From the IMG/VR virus record IMGVR_UViG_3300025771_003046: a DNA stretch of 64,000 nt; one strand, given 5' to 3'. Shown here piece by piece: positions 1 to 8,630 of this stretch (its first letter is position 1; every line of letters begins with the position of its first letter). The translations under genes and the position numbers were made by a program. The notes beneath the pieces are model-generated. The model did no database searches. It worked only from the letters and a program-made list of their open reading frames with translations, and was not told the DNA's origin. This stretch comes from an uncultured virus (IMG/VR IMGVR_UViG_3300025771_003046). Its lineage: Duplodnaviria > Heunggongvirae > Uroviricota > Caudoviricetes.

Positions 1-1
1 C

Positions 2-673
2 CCATGGTTCATCTGATGATTTTCCCATCCAGTCAAATGCATATATGAAGTCACCATTTTTTAAAGATTCAGGATTATCGGGTGTACCTCGAAATCTGTT
101 AAAAGTAGTCCACCCAGCTTTTAATGGATTGTTATCATAACTTTCAAAACGCATAGCAGGTTGTTTAAAGTTTCCTGTTTGTGCAATAAGTATACCTGTG
201 CTAGTTGTGTTTATTGTTATAGGGACCGGATAACTAAAATCTGTTCCTCCGGAAAGCCACCAAGGTTTTGATTTATCACGTTGCGCCACACTATTAAGAG
301 TGTGTTCTATTATAATTCCTTTTGGTTTAATAATACCTTTAGAATTTATTGTAACAAAGTCTCCTGTTGCAACACTGTTAATAGATCCTAATAAAAGTTC
401 TGCATCTATAGTTTTTTGCCCAAAACTAGGAGTTTCACTTGCTATTGCACTTATAAATGCAGCATTTCCATAAGGTTCGCCAGCAGCGCCTGTATATGCG
501 TTAAACTTTAAAGTACCTAATTGATCTCCTTGCTGTACTATCTGGGGATTTTCATGAGTGCCGCGGGCTGCTCCAATTTTTATACTAGGTTGATTTTTCT
601 TAAACCCACTAGTAAGTCCTTTTACGAAAAGAGGTGTATTGTTACCATCTGTTTCTATAATATGTTCTATCAT
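2..673 (-). CDS. Partial tail-fibre-like protein running off the left edge; absent from the ORF track
   Basis: ATG at 673 overlaps the TGA of the 670..1326 ORF (ATGA) and the frame is open to the window edge (MIEHIIETDGNNTPLFVKG...). It has two copies of a motif typical of phage tail-fibre shafts: RGTHENPQIVQQGDQLGTLKFNAY and RGTPDNPESLKNGDFIYAFDWMG. Confidence 0.65.
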   Translation of the reverse strand, partial: MIEHIIETDGNNTPLFVKGLTSGFKKNQPSIKIGAARGTHENPQIVQQGDQLGTLKFNAYTGAAGEPYGNAAFISAIASETPSFGQKTIDAELLLGSINSVATGDFVTINSKGIIKPKGIIIEHTLNSVAQRDKSKPWWLSGGTDFSYPVPITINTTSTGILIAQTGNFKQPAMRFESYDNNPLKAGWTTFNRFRGTPDNPESLKNGDFIYAFDWMGKSSDEPW

Positions 674-1326
674 AATTCTCCCCAGACTATTATCATTCCA
701 AAACCATCTAATGCAGAAGGTTGATATTCAACATTTAAGTCTAAACCAAGATTATATAATTGTCCTTGTACTTCTTCTTTAGTAAATGCAGCATGTAAAC
801 TATTATAAAAGTCATTTTGAAAATATCTCGATTCGTTACTACTATAATATTCTACAACTTTACTCGGACTTGTTTTAGGTCTTGCTAAATCAATTACTAG
901 TACACTTGTGCCTTTTTTAGAATGATGTTTTAAGGTAATCCAAAAGTCCTTAGGATTGTGAAAATGATGCAAACTATTTACGCATACTATAAGATCATAT
1001 TTTTTATCAGTGATAAAAGGTAAATGTAAATTATGCAGTTGAATACAATGATCTAAACCGCTTTCTTCTATATTTGTTTTTGCAATATCTAGCATAGGAG
1101 ACGAACCATCAATTGCATCAATTTGACAGTATAACATTTCTGCTAGGTCTATTGTGTACTGGGCAGGCCCGCAACACAAATCTAAAACATTATTAAACGT
1201 TTTAGGACTAAAATAGTCGTCTAGTAATTTTAAAAATAATTTTCGTGTAGGAGTTTTATCTGCTTCTGCAAATGCTTTTACACTATAATCTTTAAGCATC
1301 AATTGGGGTTCTAAACGCCGCTGCAT
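670..1326 (-). CDS. Class I SAM-dependent methyltransferase
   Basis: Motif I VLDLCCGPAQ, motif II AIDGS, and YDLIVCVNSLHH. Confidence 0.9.
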   Translation of the reverse strand: MQRRLEPQLMLKDYSVKAFAEADKTPTRKLFLKLLDDYFSPKTFNNVLDLCCGPAQYTIDLAEMLYCQIDAIDGSSPMLDIAKTNIEESGLDHCIQLHNLHLPFITDKKYDLIVCVNSLHHFHNPKDFWITLKHHSKKGTSVLVIDLARPKTSPSKVVEYYSSNESRYFQNDFYNSLHAAFTKEEVQGQLYNLGLDLNVEYQPSALDGFGMIIVWGEL

Positions 1327-1928
1327 ATATTTGCACCAATCATTATTCGTTGTTCAGTTGATTTATTAGGAAGCGTTTTATGATTTAACCATCCTGGAAA
1401 TAATACAATATCACCTGTTTCTGCATTTATTTCATTTTCAAAAAGTGTATGATATGTTTCTTTATCAATGCTATAAGGTTGGTGTTTGAGTAACGTAGAT
1501 AAAGGATTTTCAAATACAAGATTACTATTGTTTAATTGTTTTTTTATATAAAAACTACAAGTTGTAACCATAGGAGAGTGATTATGTAAATCTATATGGC
1601 TATCCGTGTTGTAAATGTTAAACCACATTTCTTTTATAATAGGAATATATTTTGAATTAAATCCGCAATTTTTCCAATATTCTTTACAACTATTTGTAAT
1701 AAATTCTACTACATCAGAAAACCTTGGATCGTATTGTAAATCTCTTTTATGGACGTAAGAACATATACCATTGCCTCTCATTGATCCTTGATTGTTCTTT
1801 AATACTTGATCGAAATTCACTACTTCAAAGAGCACACTTTCTATATCTTTTATACTTTTATTGTATCTTGCTTTATATATTTTAGTTGCAAAGATGTCAA
1901 TGTCGAATGTCTCGGATTGTAGGTTCAT
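1311..1928 (-). CDS. Putative 2OG-Fe(II) oxygenase (TIGR02466-like phage family)
   Basis: WFNIY...HNH, LVFENP, GDIVLFPGWLNHK and the terminal RIMIGAN give the HxH...H...R pattern of this family. Confidence 0.85.
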   Translation of the reverse strand: MNLQSETFDIDIFATKIYKARYNKSIKDIESVLFEVVNFDQVLKNNQGSMRGNGICSYVHKRDLQYDPRFSDVVEFITNSCKEYWKNCGFNSKYIPIIKEMWFNIYNTDSHIDLHNHSPMVTTCSFYIKKQLNNSNLVFENPLSTLLKHQPYSIDKETYHTLFENEINAETGDIVLFPGWLNHKTLPNKSTEQRIMIGANICSGV

Positions 1929-1944
1929 ATAAATATTTATATGA
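1925..1944. promoter_or_regulatory. Bidirectional T4-like late promoter within a perfect 20-bp palindrome
   Basis: TCATATAAATATTTATATGA is self-complementary. It carries TATAAATA on + (1928-1935) and on - (1941-1934), between divergent genes. Confidence 0.75.
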
Positions 1945-1978
1945 CGGAAATATCTCTCTATGCTAGGATTGGCAGTTT

Positions 1979-3415
1979 ATGAGCCACGGTCTATTATTCA
2001 GTATTACAAGTTTACCAACAGTTAGGAGAATGTTAGGTCCTCATCGTGTTGCTTCTTTCTTGCGAGAACAAGAATGGGATATAGAAGTTTTAGATTTTGT
2101 AGAGCAATTTAGCATCGAAGAAATAAAAGAATACTGTGCTTTACGAATAACCTCGGCAACAAAATTTTGCGGATTTAGTGCATTTTTTGGCGTTTGGACA
2201 AAAACTTACGAGTCTATTACTACCTGGATTAAGGAAACATATCCTGATGTAAAGATAATTTGGGGTAGTCATTCTTATCCTTGGTTTGACTCTAATAGTA
2301 TAGATTACTATGTTGTAGGTTACGGAGAAAATGCAATAGTAAAACTTTTATCAAATAGCGAAGTAAAATTTGATGAAAGATTTAAAGATAAAAAAGTTGT
2401 TTCTGCATTAGATGTTTACACATCATACCCAATGAAGTCTCTTAATGTTATATACCAAGATAGAGATTTTATAGAATCCTGGGAGTGGTTAAGTATAGAA
2501 CTATCTCGTGGATGCAAATTTAAATGTAAATTTTGTAATTTTCCTATACTAGGAGTCAGAAGCGATTATAGTAGGGATGCCGAAGACTTTGGTGTGCAAC
2601 TAAAGGATGCCTACGAAAGATTTGGTGTAACTAATTATTATGTTGCTGACGAAACTTTTAATGATAGTACAGACAAATTAGAAAAATTTGCAAGTGTTGC
2701 CGATACACTAAAATTTAAACCTAGAATGCACGGATTTATAAGAGCTGATTTATTAGTAGCGCAAAAGCAACAGTGGGAACCTTTAAATAGGTTAGGGTTT
2801 TATGGCCACTACTACGGGGTTGAAACATTTAATCAAAAATCTGGTAGTAGTATTGGCAAAGGAATGCATCCTGATAAATTAAAAAATGGCTTGCTAGAAG
2901 CACGGGAATGGTTTAAGTCGAATGACACTTATCGAGGAGTAATAAGTTTAATATGCGGATTGCCACATGAAAGCATAGACTCATTTAATGCAGGAGTAGA
3001 TTGGTGCTACGATAATTGGAAGGGAGAAAATACAACTATATTTTCTTTAGATATTCCTACTGACGATAAGGATGTAAAATTGTCGTACATATCTCTTAAC
3101 TATGAAAAATTAGGCTATAGAGAAGCAACAGTACCTTATCATAAAAATATAGAACAAAACTTTGGGTACGGTCGATCTTTACTAAATTGGGAAAACGATT
3201 ATATGAATTTAGAAACTGCCGATGAAATTGTTAGTATAGCAAATAAAAGAATTTCATCAGTAAATGGTATAAATATGTGGCAGTTCGGAGATTACGGATT
3301 AGTTACAGATGATCTAAATAAGATATCAAAATTAAATAAAAGTTCTAACCCTAGTCCGAATAGAGAATTAGAATCATTTTACGAAAGATATAAACGGAAT
3401 AAAATAAACTTATGA
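1979..3415 (+). CDS. B12-binding-domain radical SAM protein, paralog 1
   Basis: ELSRGCKFKCKFC (CxxxCxxC), ADETFN, GVETFN; the N-terminal domain (GPHRVASFLR...IIWGSH...VGYGE) resembles the cobalamin-binding domain of class B radical SAM enzymes. Confidence 0.85.
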   Translation: MSHGLLFSITSLPTVRRMLGPHRVASFLREQEWDIEVLDFVEQFSIEEIKEYCALRITSATKFCGFSAFFGVWTKTYESITTWIKETYPDVKIIWGSHSYPWFDSNSIDYYVVGYGENAIVKLLSNSEVKFDERFKDKKVVSALDVYTSYPMKSLNVIYQDRDFIESWEWLSIELSRGCKFKCKFCNFPILGVRSDYSRDAEDFGVQLKDAYERFGVTNYYVADETFNDSTDKLEKFASVADTLKFKPRMHGFIRADLLVAQKQQWEPLNRLGFYGHYYGVETFNQKSGSSIGKGMHPDKLKNGLLEAREWFKSNDTYRGVISLICGLPHESIDSFNAGVDWCYDNWKGENTTIFSLDIPTDDKDVKLSYISLNYEKLGYREATVPYHKNIEQNFGYGRSLLNWENDYMNLETADEIVSIANKRISSVNGINMWQFGDYGLVTDDLNKISKLNKSSNPSPNRELESFYERYKRNKINL

Positions 3416-4893
3416 ATAAATGTATAATTTTTAGCGTTCATCGTGCCGGAACACATCGTCCTTTAGGTCCTCATAGAATATGTACATTTCTAAGACAAGA
3501 AGGATGGGATGCAGAAGTTGTAGATTATTCTTACTATTTTACTTTAGACGAACTAAAAAGTTTAGTTGAAAATAGAATGGACGAAAACATAAAGTTTTTT
3601 GGTTTCGGAGCATGGTTCGGAACATGGCCCGATGAAATAGTAACATTTACAGTATGGCTTAAAGAAACTTACCCGCACATTCCTTTAGTATATGGTAGTA
3701 TGTCTTCTCCTCACACAAGAGAATCACCTATAGATTATTATAGTGTAGGATACGGCGAAGAGTCTATATTAGAAATTGTAAAGGACATTTTAGGAAAACC
3801 ATGTAATTTAAAATTTTCTCCTAGATGGAAAGGCAAAGAAGTTATTGACGCTAATGAAGACTATCCTGCATGGCCTAGGAAGACGTATGCAGCATACTAC
3901 GAAGATAGAGACTTTTTAGAGGAATGGGAATGGCTTACTATAGAGTTGTCAAGAGGTTGTAAATTTAAATGTCAATTCTGTAATTTTCCCATTCTAGGTA
4001 TTAAAGAAGATCATAGTATAAGTGCAGAAAATTTTAGAAAACAAATTGAAGATGCTTATAATAGATTTGGCATTACGAATTATTACATTGCTGACGAAAC
4101 AATAAATCAAGATAAAGAAATGATGAGAAAGTTTGCAAATGTTGCAAACACTTGGGATTTTAAATTACAAGCACATGGATTTATGCGAGCTGATTTAATG
4201 ATTGCACAACCCGATACTTGGCAAATGATGGTTGATACTGGAATTACCGGTCATCATTATGGCATAGAAACTTTTAATCGAAAGTCAGGTGCTACTATAG
4301 GTAAAGGAATGAAAACTGAAAAATTACAAGAAGGCTTAATAAAAATTAAAGATTATTTTAGGGCTAATAGTATTTATAGAGGTCATATTAGTATGATTGT
4401 TGGACTACCGTATGAATCTAAAGAAACTTTTTGGAAAGGTGTAGACTGGTTAAAAGAGAATTGGGCAGGTGAATTCTCTGCATTTAACAGACTAGAAATT
4501 CCTTTACCTACTGGTGATGCAAAGCCGAGTTTATTTACACGAAGTTGGAAGGATATGGGTTACCGAGATAGAAAGACAAAGTTACAAAGCGGAACTGAAC
4601 AAAAGAAGTTACTGACTATGGGCGGTGGTATGTTTACTGAAGACTTGTTAGACTGGGAAAATGATTATATGGATATAGAATGGGCTATATGGGCAATGGG
4701 GGAAGCATACCGTGTTTTAAAACCCACAAACGGTGTAGGTTCTTGGCACTTTAGCGATTATAGTTTACTTTTGAAAAATGATAATAGGGCTATATCTAAA
4801 ATAATAAAATCAGATTTACACCATAACCAAAACGGTGTTGTTGATGCATTTTACGAAAGATATAAAAAGAAAAAAATAGCCTGGGGAACATAA
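3412..4893 (+). CDS. B12-binding-domain radical SAM protein, paralog 2
   Basis: ELSRGCKFKCQFC; colinear with paralog 1; ATGA-like overlap at the start. Confidence 0.85.
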   Translation: MNKCIIFSVHRAGTHRPLGPHRICTFLRQEGWDAEVVDYSYYFTLDELKSLVENRMDENIKFFGFGAWFGTWPDEIVTFTVWLKETYPHIPLVYGSMSSPHTRESPIDYYSVGYGEESILEIVKDILGKPCNLKFSPRWKGKEVIDANEDYPAWPRKTYAAYYEDRDFLEEWEWLTIELSRGCKFKCQFCNFPILGIKEDHSISAENFRKQIEDAYNRFGITNYYIADETINQDKEMMRKFANVANTWDFKLQAHGFMRADLMIAQPDTWQMMVDTGITGHHYGIETFNRKSGATIGKGMKTEKLQEGLIKIKDYFRANSIYRGHISMIVGLPYESKETFWKGVDWLKENWAGEFSAFNRLEIPLPTGDAKPSLFTRSWKDMGYRDRKTKLQSGTEQKKLLTMGGGMFTEDLLDWENDYMDIEWAIWAMGEAYRVLKPTNGVGSWHFSDYSLLLKNDNRAISKIIKSDLHHNQNGVVDAFYERYKKKKIAWGT

Positions 4894-6347
4894 TGGACCA
4901 TGCATTAATATTCGGTGTACACGATATGATGCCCCATCGATTCCTAGGACCGCATCGTATTGCACATTACCTTAGGAATAATGGATGGGATATAGAAGTT
5001 GTAGACTTTGCTAGTTTTTGGACTTTAGAACAACTAAAAAATTTTATTAAATCACGAATACATAAAAAAACAAAGTTTATAGGATTTGGGTGTTGGTTTG
5101 GTAACTGGCCAGAGAATATAGATATGTTATCACATTGGATCAAAGATTATTATCCAGAAATAAAAATTATTTACGGCAGTCATACATATCCTAAATTTAA
5201 TAACGAATCAATAGATTATTATACTGTAGGTTATGCAGAAAAAGCAATAATACAATTAGCTAATTATTTTCAAAACAACGGAACTATCAAGTTTGACACA
5301 AGATGGGAAAATAAAAAAATTATTCTTGCTAATGACACTTACCCTGCATTTCCGATGAACGAACTAGGTGTTATATACGAACATAGAGATCTTATAGAAC
5401 CTTGGGAGTGGCTTACCATAGAATTTACAAGAGGTTGTAAATTTTCCTGCAAATTTTGCAATTATCCTATATTAGGCGTAAAAGACGATCACTCAACTGC
5501 TGCTTCTGACTTTGAGTACACTGTTAGAGATGCTTATGATAAATTTGGTGTGACAAATTATTATACAGCAGACGAAACATTAAATCAAGATAAATCTATG
5601 ATAGAAAAATATGCAAATGTAGCTGATACATTAAATTTTAAATTAAGAATGCACGGATTTATGAGAGCAGATTTATTAATTGCTAATAAAGATACATGGG
5701 ATCCATTGTCTCGGTTAGGTGTATTTGGGCATATGTATGGTATAGAAACGTTTAATAAAAAAACTGGCTCTAGTGTAGGGAAAGGAATGGATCCATTAAA
5801 AGTAAAAGAAGGCTTACTCGAAATACGAGAATGGTTTGATGCAATAGAACCATATCGAGGCAATATTAATATGGTGTGTGGATTACCGTTTGAAACTAAA
5901 GAAACTTGGGAAAGTGGCATTGAATGGCTTATGAAAAATTGGACATCTAAAGGAGACATAAGTGCTACTTATGCATTAGAAATACCGTTAAGTAGTATGG
6001 ATTCAAAATTAAGTTTTATAAGTAATAATTGGAAAGCATTAGGATACAGAAGAAGAAAAACACCTTCTGAATCTTTACATGCTGTGAGTTCTCTAAAATA
6101 TGCTGACGAATTATTAGATTGGGAAAATGATTACATGGATCTTGACTGGGCAGTAAAAAGTTGTAATACAATATATAAACAGTATAAAGTTGATATGGGC
6201 GTTAGTGTTTGGCACTGGGGAGATCATGGATTAATGAATTTAAGTTTTAAAGATCTTCAAAAAAAACAAAAACATTATAATCAATGGCCTAACAAAGAAC
6301 TGGAAGATTTTTTACAACGCTATATTAAAAAGAAAATAGAATTATGA
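4893..6347 (+). CDS. B12-binding-domain radical SAM protein, paralog 3
   Basis: EFTRGCKFSCKFC; colinear with paralogs 1 and 2; TAATG overlap. Confidence 0.85.
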   Translation: MDHALIFGVHDMMPHRFLGPHRIAHYLRNNGWDIEVVDFASFWTLEQLKNFIKSRIHKKTKFIGFGCWFGNWPENIDMLSHWIKDYYPEIKIIYGSHTYPKFNNESIDYYTVGYAEKAIIQLANYFQNNGTIKFDTRWENKKIILANDTYPAFPMNELGVIYEHRDLIEPWEWLTIEFTRGCKFSCKFCNYPILGVKDDHSTAASDFEYTVRDAYDKFGVTNYYTADETLNQDKSMIEKYANVADTLNFKLRMHGFMRADLLIANKDTWDPLSRLGVFGHMYGIETFNKKTGSSVGKGMDPLKVKEGLLEIREWFDAIEPYRGNINMVCGLPFETKETWESGIEWLMKNWTSKGDISATYALEIPLSSMDSKLSFISNNWKALGYRRRKTPSESLHAVSSLKYADELLDWENDYMDLDWAVKSCNTIYKQYKVDMGVSVWHWGDHGLMNLSFKDLQKKQKHYNQWPNKELEDFLQRYIKKKIEL

Positions 6348-7414
6348 GTATATATACAAACTGGGATCCTTTAGAATTATGTATTGTTGGAAATTGTCTA
6401 ACTGAAGTGCCAGACACTTGGAGTATCGATCCTAAGGCAAAACCATTATTAGAAAAAATATTAAAAGAAACAAAAGAAGACTTAGACAATTTAGCAGCAC
6501 TAATTTCATCATTTAACACAAAAGTTTTGAGACCAACACCTAAAATATTTCCACAAAAGTCTAATTTACATAATTTTAGTATTTTAAACGCAACTAATCC
6601 TATTGTCCCGAGAGATCAATATTTTGTATACGATAAAACTATATATCAAACATACACTAGTTTACCAGATAGGTACTTTGACGGATTTAATTACTATAGC
6701 CTATTTAAAGATTTGTTTAAGCAAGGGCATAATTGGTTAAGTCTTCCGCCGCCGATTTTAAACAATCTAAATAATAACGAAAAATGGTATCTAGACGGGC
6801 AGGACATTTACCATAATCGTTTAAACTACACATTATTATGGCATACTGCTACAATGTTTAAAGCAGGCAAAGATATTATTGTAAATAATCAAGGTCCGGG
6901 CACTCAGTTAGGGTTAGAATGGATAAAACGTAACGTTGATGCTGAATTTATACACAATGAAGATACATATGTCGATAGTTGGGGTCATATAGATCACGGA
7001 TTTTACATGCCTAACGATAACACTGTAATATGTATGGACGAACATTGGGTTCCGCAATGCCTACGTAATAAAGAATTAATATTACTAGATGGATTATTTG
7101 AAAGATTCGATTATAAAAATTTTATAGAAGAAACTAACAATAAAGTAGATCCGTTTTCTTATAATTGGTTAGAAGATTGGTTTGATCAATGGACAGGATA
7201 TTGTCAAGAAGTAGCGTTTGAAGCAAATGTTTTAGTAGTAGATCCAAATAATATTATATTTGCAACCGAACAGCCAGAAGTGTTTGCTAAATTAGGAGAA
7301 TATAATATTAACTGTCACGTAAGTAAACTACGTCACGGAATGTTTTGGGCAGGAGGAATACATTGTATGACATTAGATATTAAACGTAGTGGTCTAAAGC
7401 GTTGCGTAATCTAG
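6344..7414 (+). CDS. Pentein-family amidinotransferase (glycine/inosamine-phosphate amidinotransferase-like)
   Basis: NWDPLELCIVG, PRD, GHID and the C-terminal GGIHCMTLDIKR with catalytic Cys. Confidence 0.85.
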   Translation: MSIYTNWDPLELCIVGNCLTEVPDTWSIDPKAKPLLEKILKETKEDLDNLAALISSFNTKVLRPTPKIFPQKSNLHNFSILNATNPIVPRDQYFVYDKTIYQTYTSLPDRYFDGFNYYSLFKDLFKQGHNWLSLPPPILNNLNNNEKWYLDGQDIYHNRLNYTLLWHTATMFKAGKDIIVNNQGPGTQLGLEWIKRNVDAEFIHNEDTYVDSWGHIDHGFYMPNDNTVICMDEHWVPQCLRNKELILLDGLFERFDYKNFIEETNNKVDPFSYNWLEDWFDQWTGYCQEVAFEANVLVVDPNNIIFATEQPEVFAKLGEYNINCHVSKLRHGMFWAGGIHCMTLDIKRSGLKRCVI

Positions 7415-8591
7415 TATCTAATTGATTAAAATATTCATTGTCTGCGGTCAATGGAATTACAACACGTAAACCTTTCCATTCGTAGTTTTGTATACCTACA
7501 TTTAAACCGTTTTCAAAGAATTTTTTTTGTGCTAACGGTATGTTATCTACAGGAAAAAATTTTAAGTTATAATATAAACCGTACGAAGTATAACTTTCAA
7601 CAATACCGTCTTCTACTAGTTGACTAAACATAAGATTGCTTTTTGGTTTTAAATACTTATAGTTTTCAAATATACTTTCTTTTTCGATAATTTCTAAATA
7701 TTTTAATGTGCTATATATACCAGTTAAACTAAAACTATATGTGAAGCCATGACTCCAAAATTCATCTTTTACTGTATTAAAAACTTCTTTAGTCATTAAA
7801 CACGAACTAAGAGGAAAGTAACCACCACTCAAACTTTTCCCCATTACAAATATATCAGGGTCTACATTAAATCCTTTTAGTTTTCCTAATTTTCCAGCAC
7901 ACATAGCAATATCATCAATAATTAACAAAATATCTTTTGACTTACATAACAATTTAAGAGATTTCCAAAAGTTGTCACTGTATGGTGTTACACCTCCAAG
8001 CCAACTACAACTTTCCATAACAACACAACTTATGTCATCTGCATCTAATGCATTTTGTAAATTATTAAATAAAATGTTTTCATTATCATCTCTATATACA
8101 CTTTTACAAAATTGATTGCGTCCTAGTGTGCGAGTCATAAAACTACCGCCACTTATACTAGAACTAAGATAAGTGCTACCATGATAACTTTCTGTTACTC
8201 CGATAATCTTATTTTTTTGCATATTACCGTTACATTGATGATATAATGCTGCTAATTTTACAGCACCCTCAACTGCATCACTACCTGATAAACTATAAAA
8301 ACTGTAATATCCATCTGTCATATCGTATAACTTTTGTGAAAGTTCTAACACTGCATCAGTTGTACTTAGGTATTCCCCACTTACAAATGGTATTTCTTTT
8401 GAACGGTTGGATACATAATCAATAATGTCAGTTCTATCAAATCCTAACATAAAACTACCACAACTACCAAGACTTGTGTCTAAGAAGTCCTTTCCGTCTT
8501 TAATATAACCAAACTTTGTATATCTCGAAACAATATTATAGTCAGAATTATTGTTATTTTCTGTAAAGGGAAAAAATATTTTTGGGGTCAT
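7380..8591 (-). CDS. PLP-dependent aminotransferase class III
   Basis: SGSDAVEGAVKLA, SYHGST, IIDDIA, PDIFVMGKSLSGGYFPLS (PLP Lys). Start moved to ATG 8591, which follows a GGAG. Confidence 0.88.
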   Translation of the reverse strand: MTPKIFFPFTENNNNSDYNIVSRYTKFGYIKDGKDFLDTSLGSCGSFMLGFDRTDIIDYVSNRSKEIPFVSGEYLSTTDAVLELSQKLYDMTDGYYSFYSLSGSDAVEGAVKLAALYHQCNGNMQKNKIIGVTESYHGSTYLSSSISGGSFMTRTLGRNQFCKSVYRDDNENILFNNLQNALDADDISCVVMESCSWLGGVTPYSDNFWKSLKLLCKSKDILLIIDDIAMCAGKLGKLKGFNVDPDIFVMGKSLSGGYFPLSSCLMTKEVFNTVKDEFWSHGFTYSFSLTGIYSTLKYLEIIEKESIFENYKYLKPKSNLMFSQLVEDGIVESYTSYGLYYNLKFFPVDNIPLAQKKFFENGLNVGIQNYEWKGLRVVIPLTADNEYFNQLDTRLRNALDHYV

Positions 8592-8608
8592 ATATAATAT
8601 CTCCAACG

Positions 8609-8624
8609 TATTTAACACTAAATA
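8609..8624. promoter_or_regulatory. Divergent TAAATA late-promoter boxes
   Basis: TATTTA at 8609-8614 (TAAATA on -) and TAAATA at 8619-8624 (+), between divergent genes. Confidence 0.55.
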
Positions 8625-8630
8625 CTGTTG

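Noticed and set aside
521..724. Plus-strand 67-aa ORF and the many other 60-170 aa opposite-strand ORFs in the track
   Set aside because: They lie antisense or out of frame within long ORFs that have clear family motifs, and show no motifs of their own; treated as shadow ORFs.
6344..7414. 7-deazaguanine/archaeosine DNA-modification amidinotransferase
   Set aside because: This is a pentein-fold enzyme, not ArcS, QueF-like or GAT-QueC; no dpdA, folE or queC/D/E was recognised.
7380..8591. bioA (biotin synthesis)
   Set aside because: Only generic class III motifs, and divergent ones (DDIAMCAGKLG); no other biotin genes in the window.
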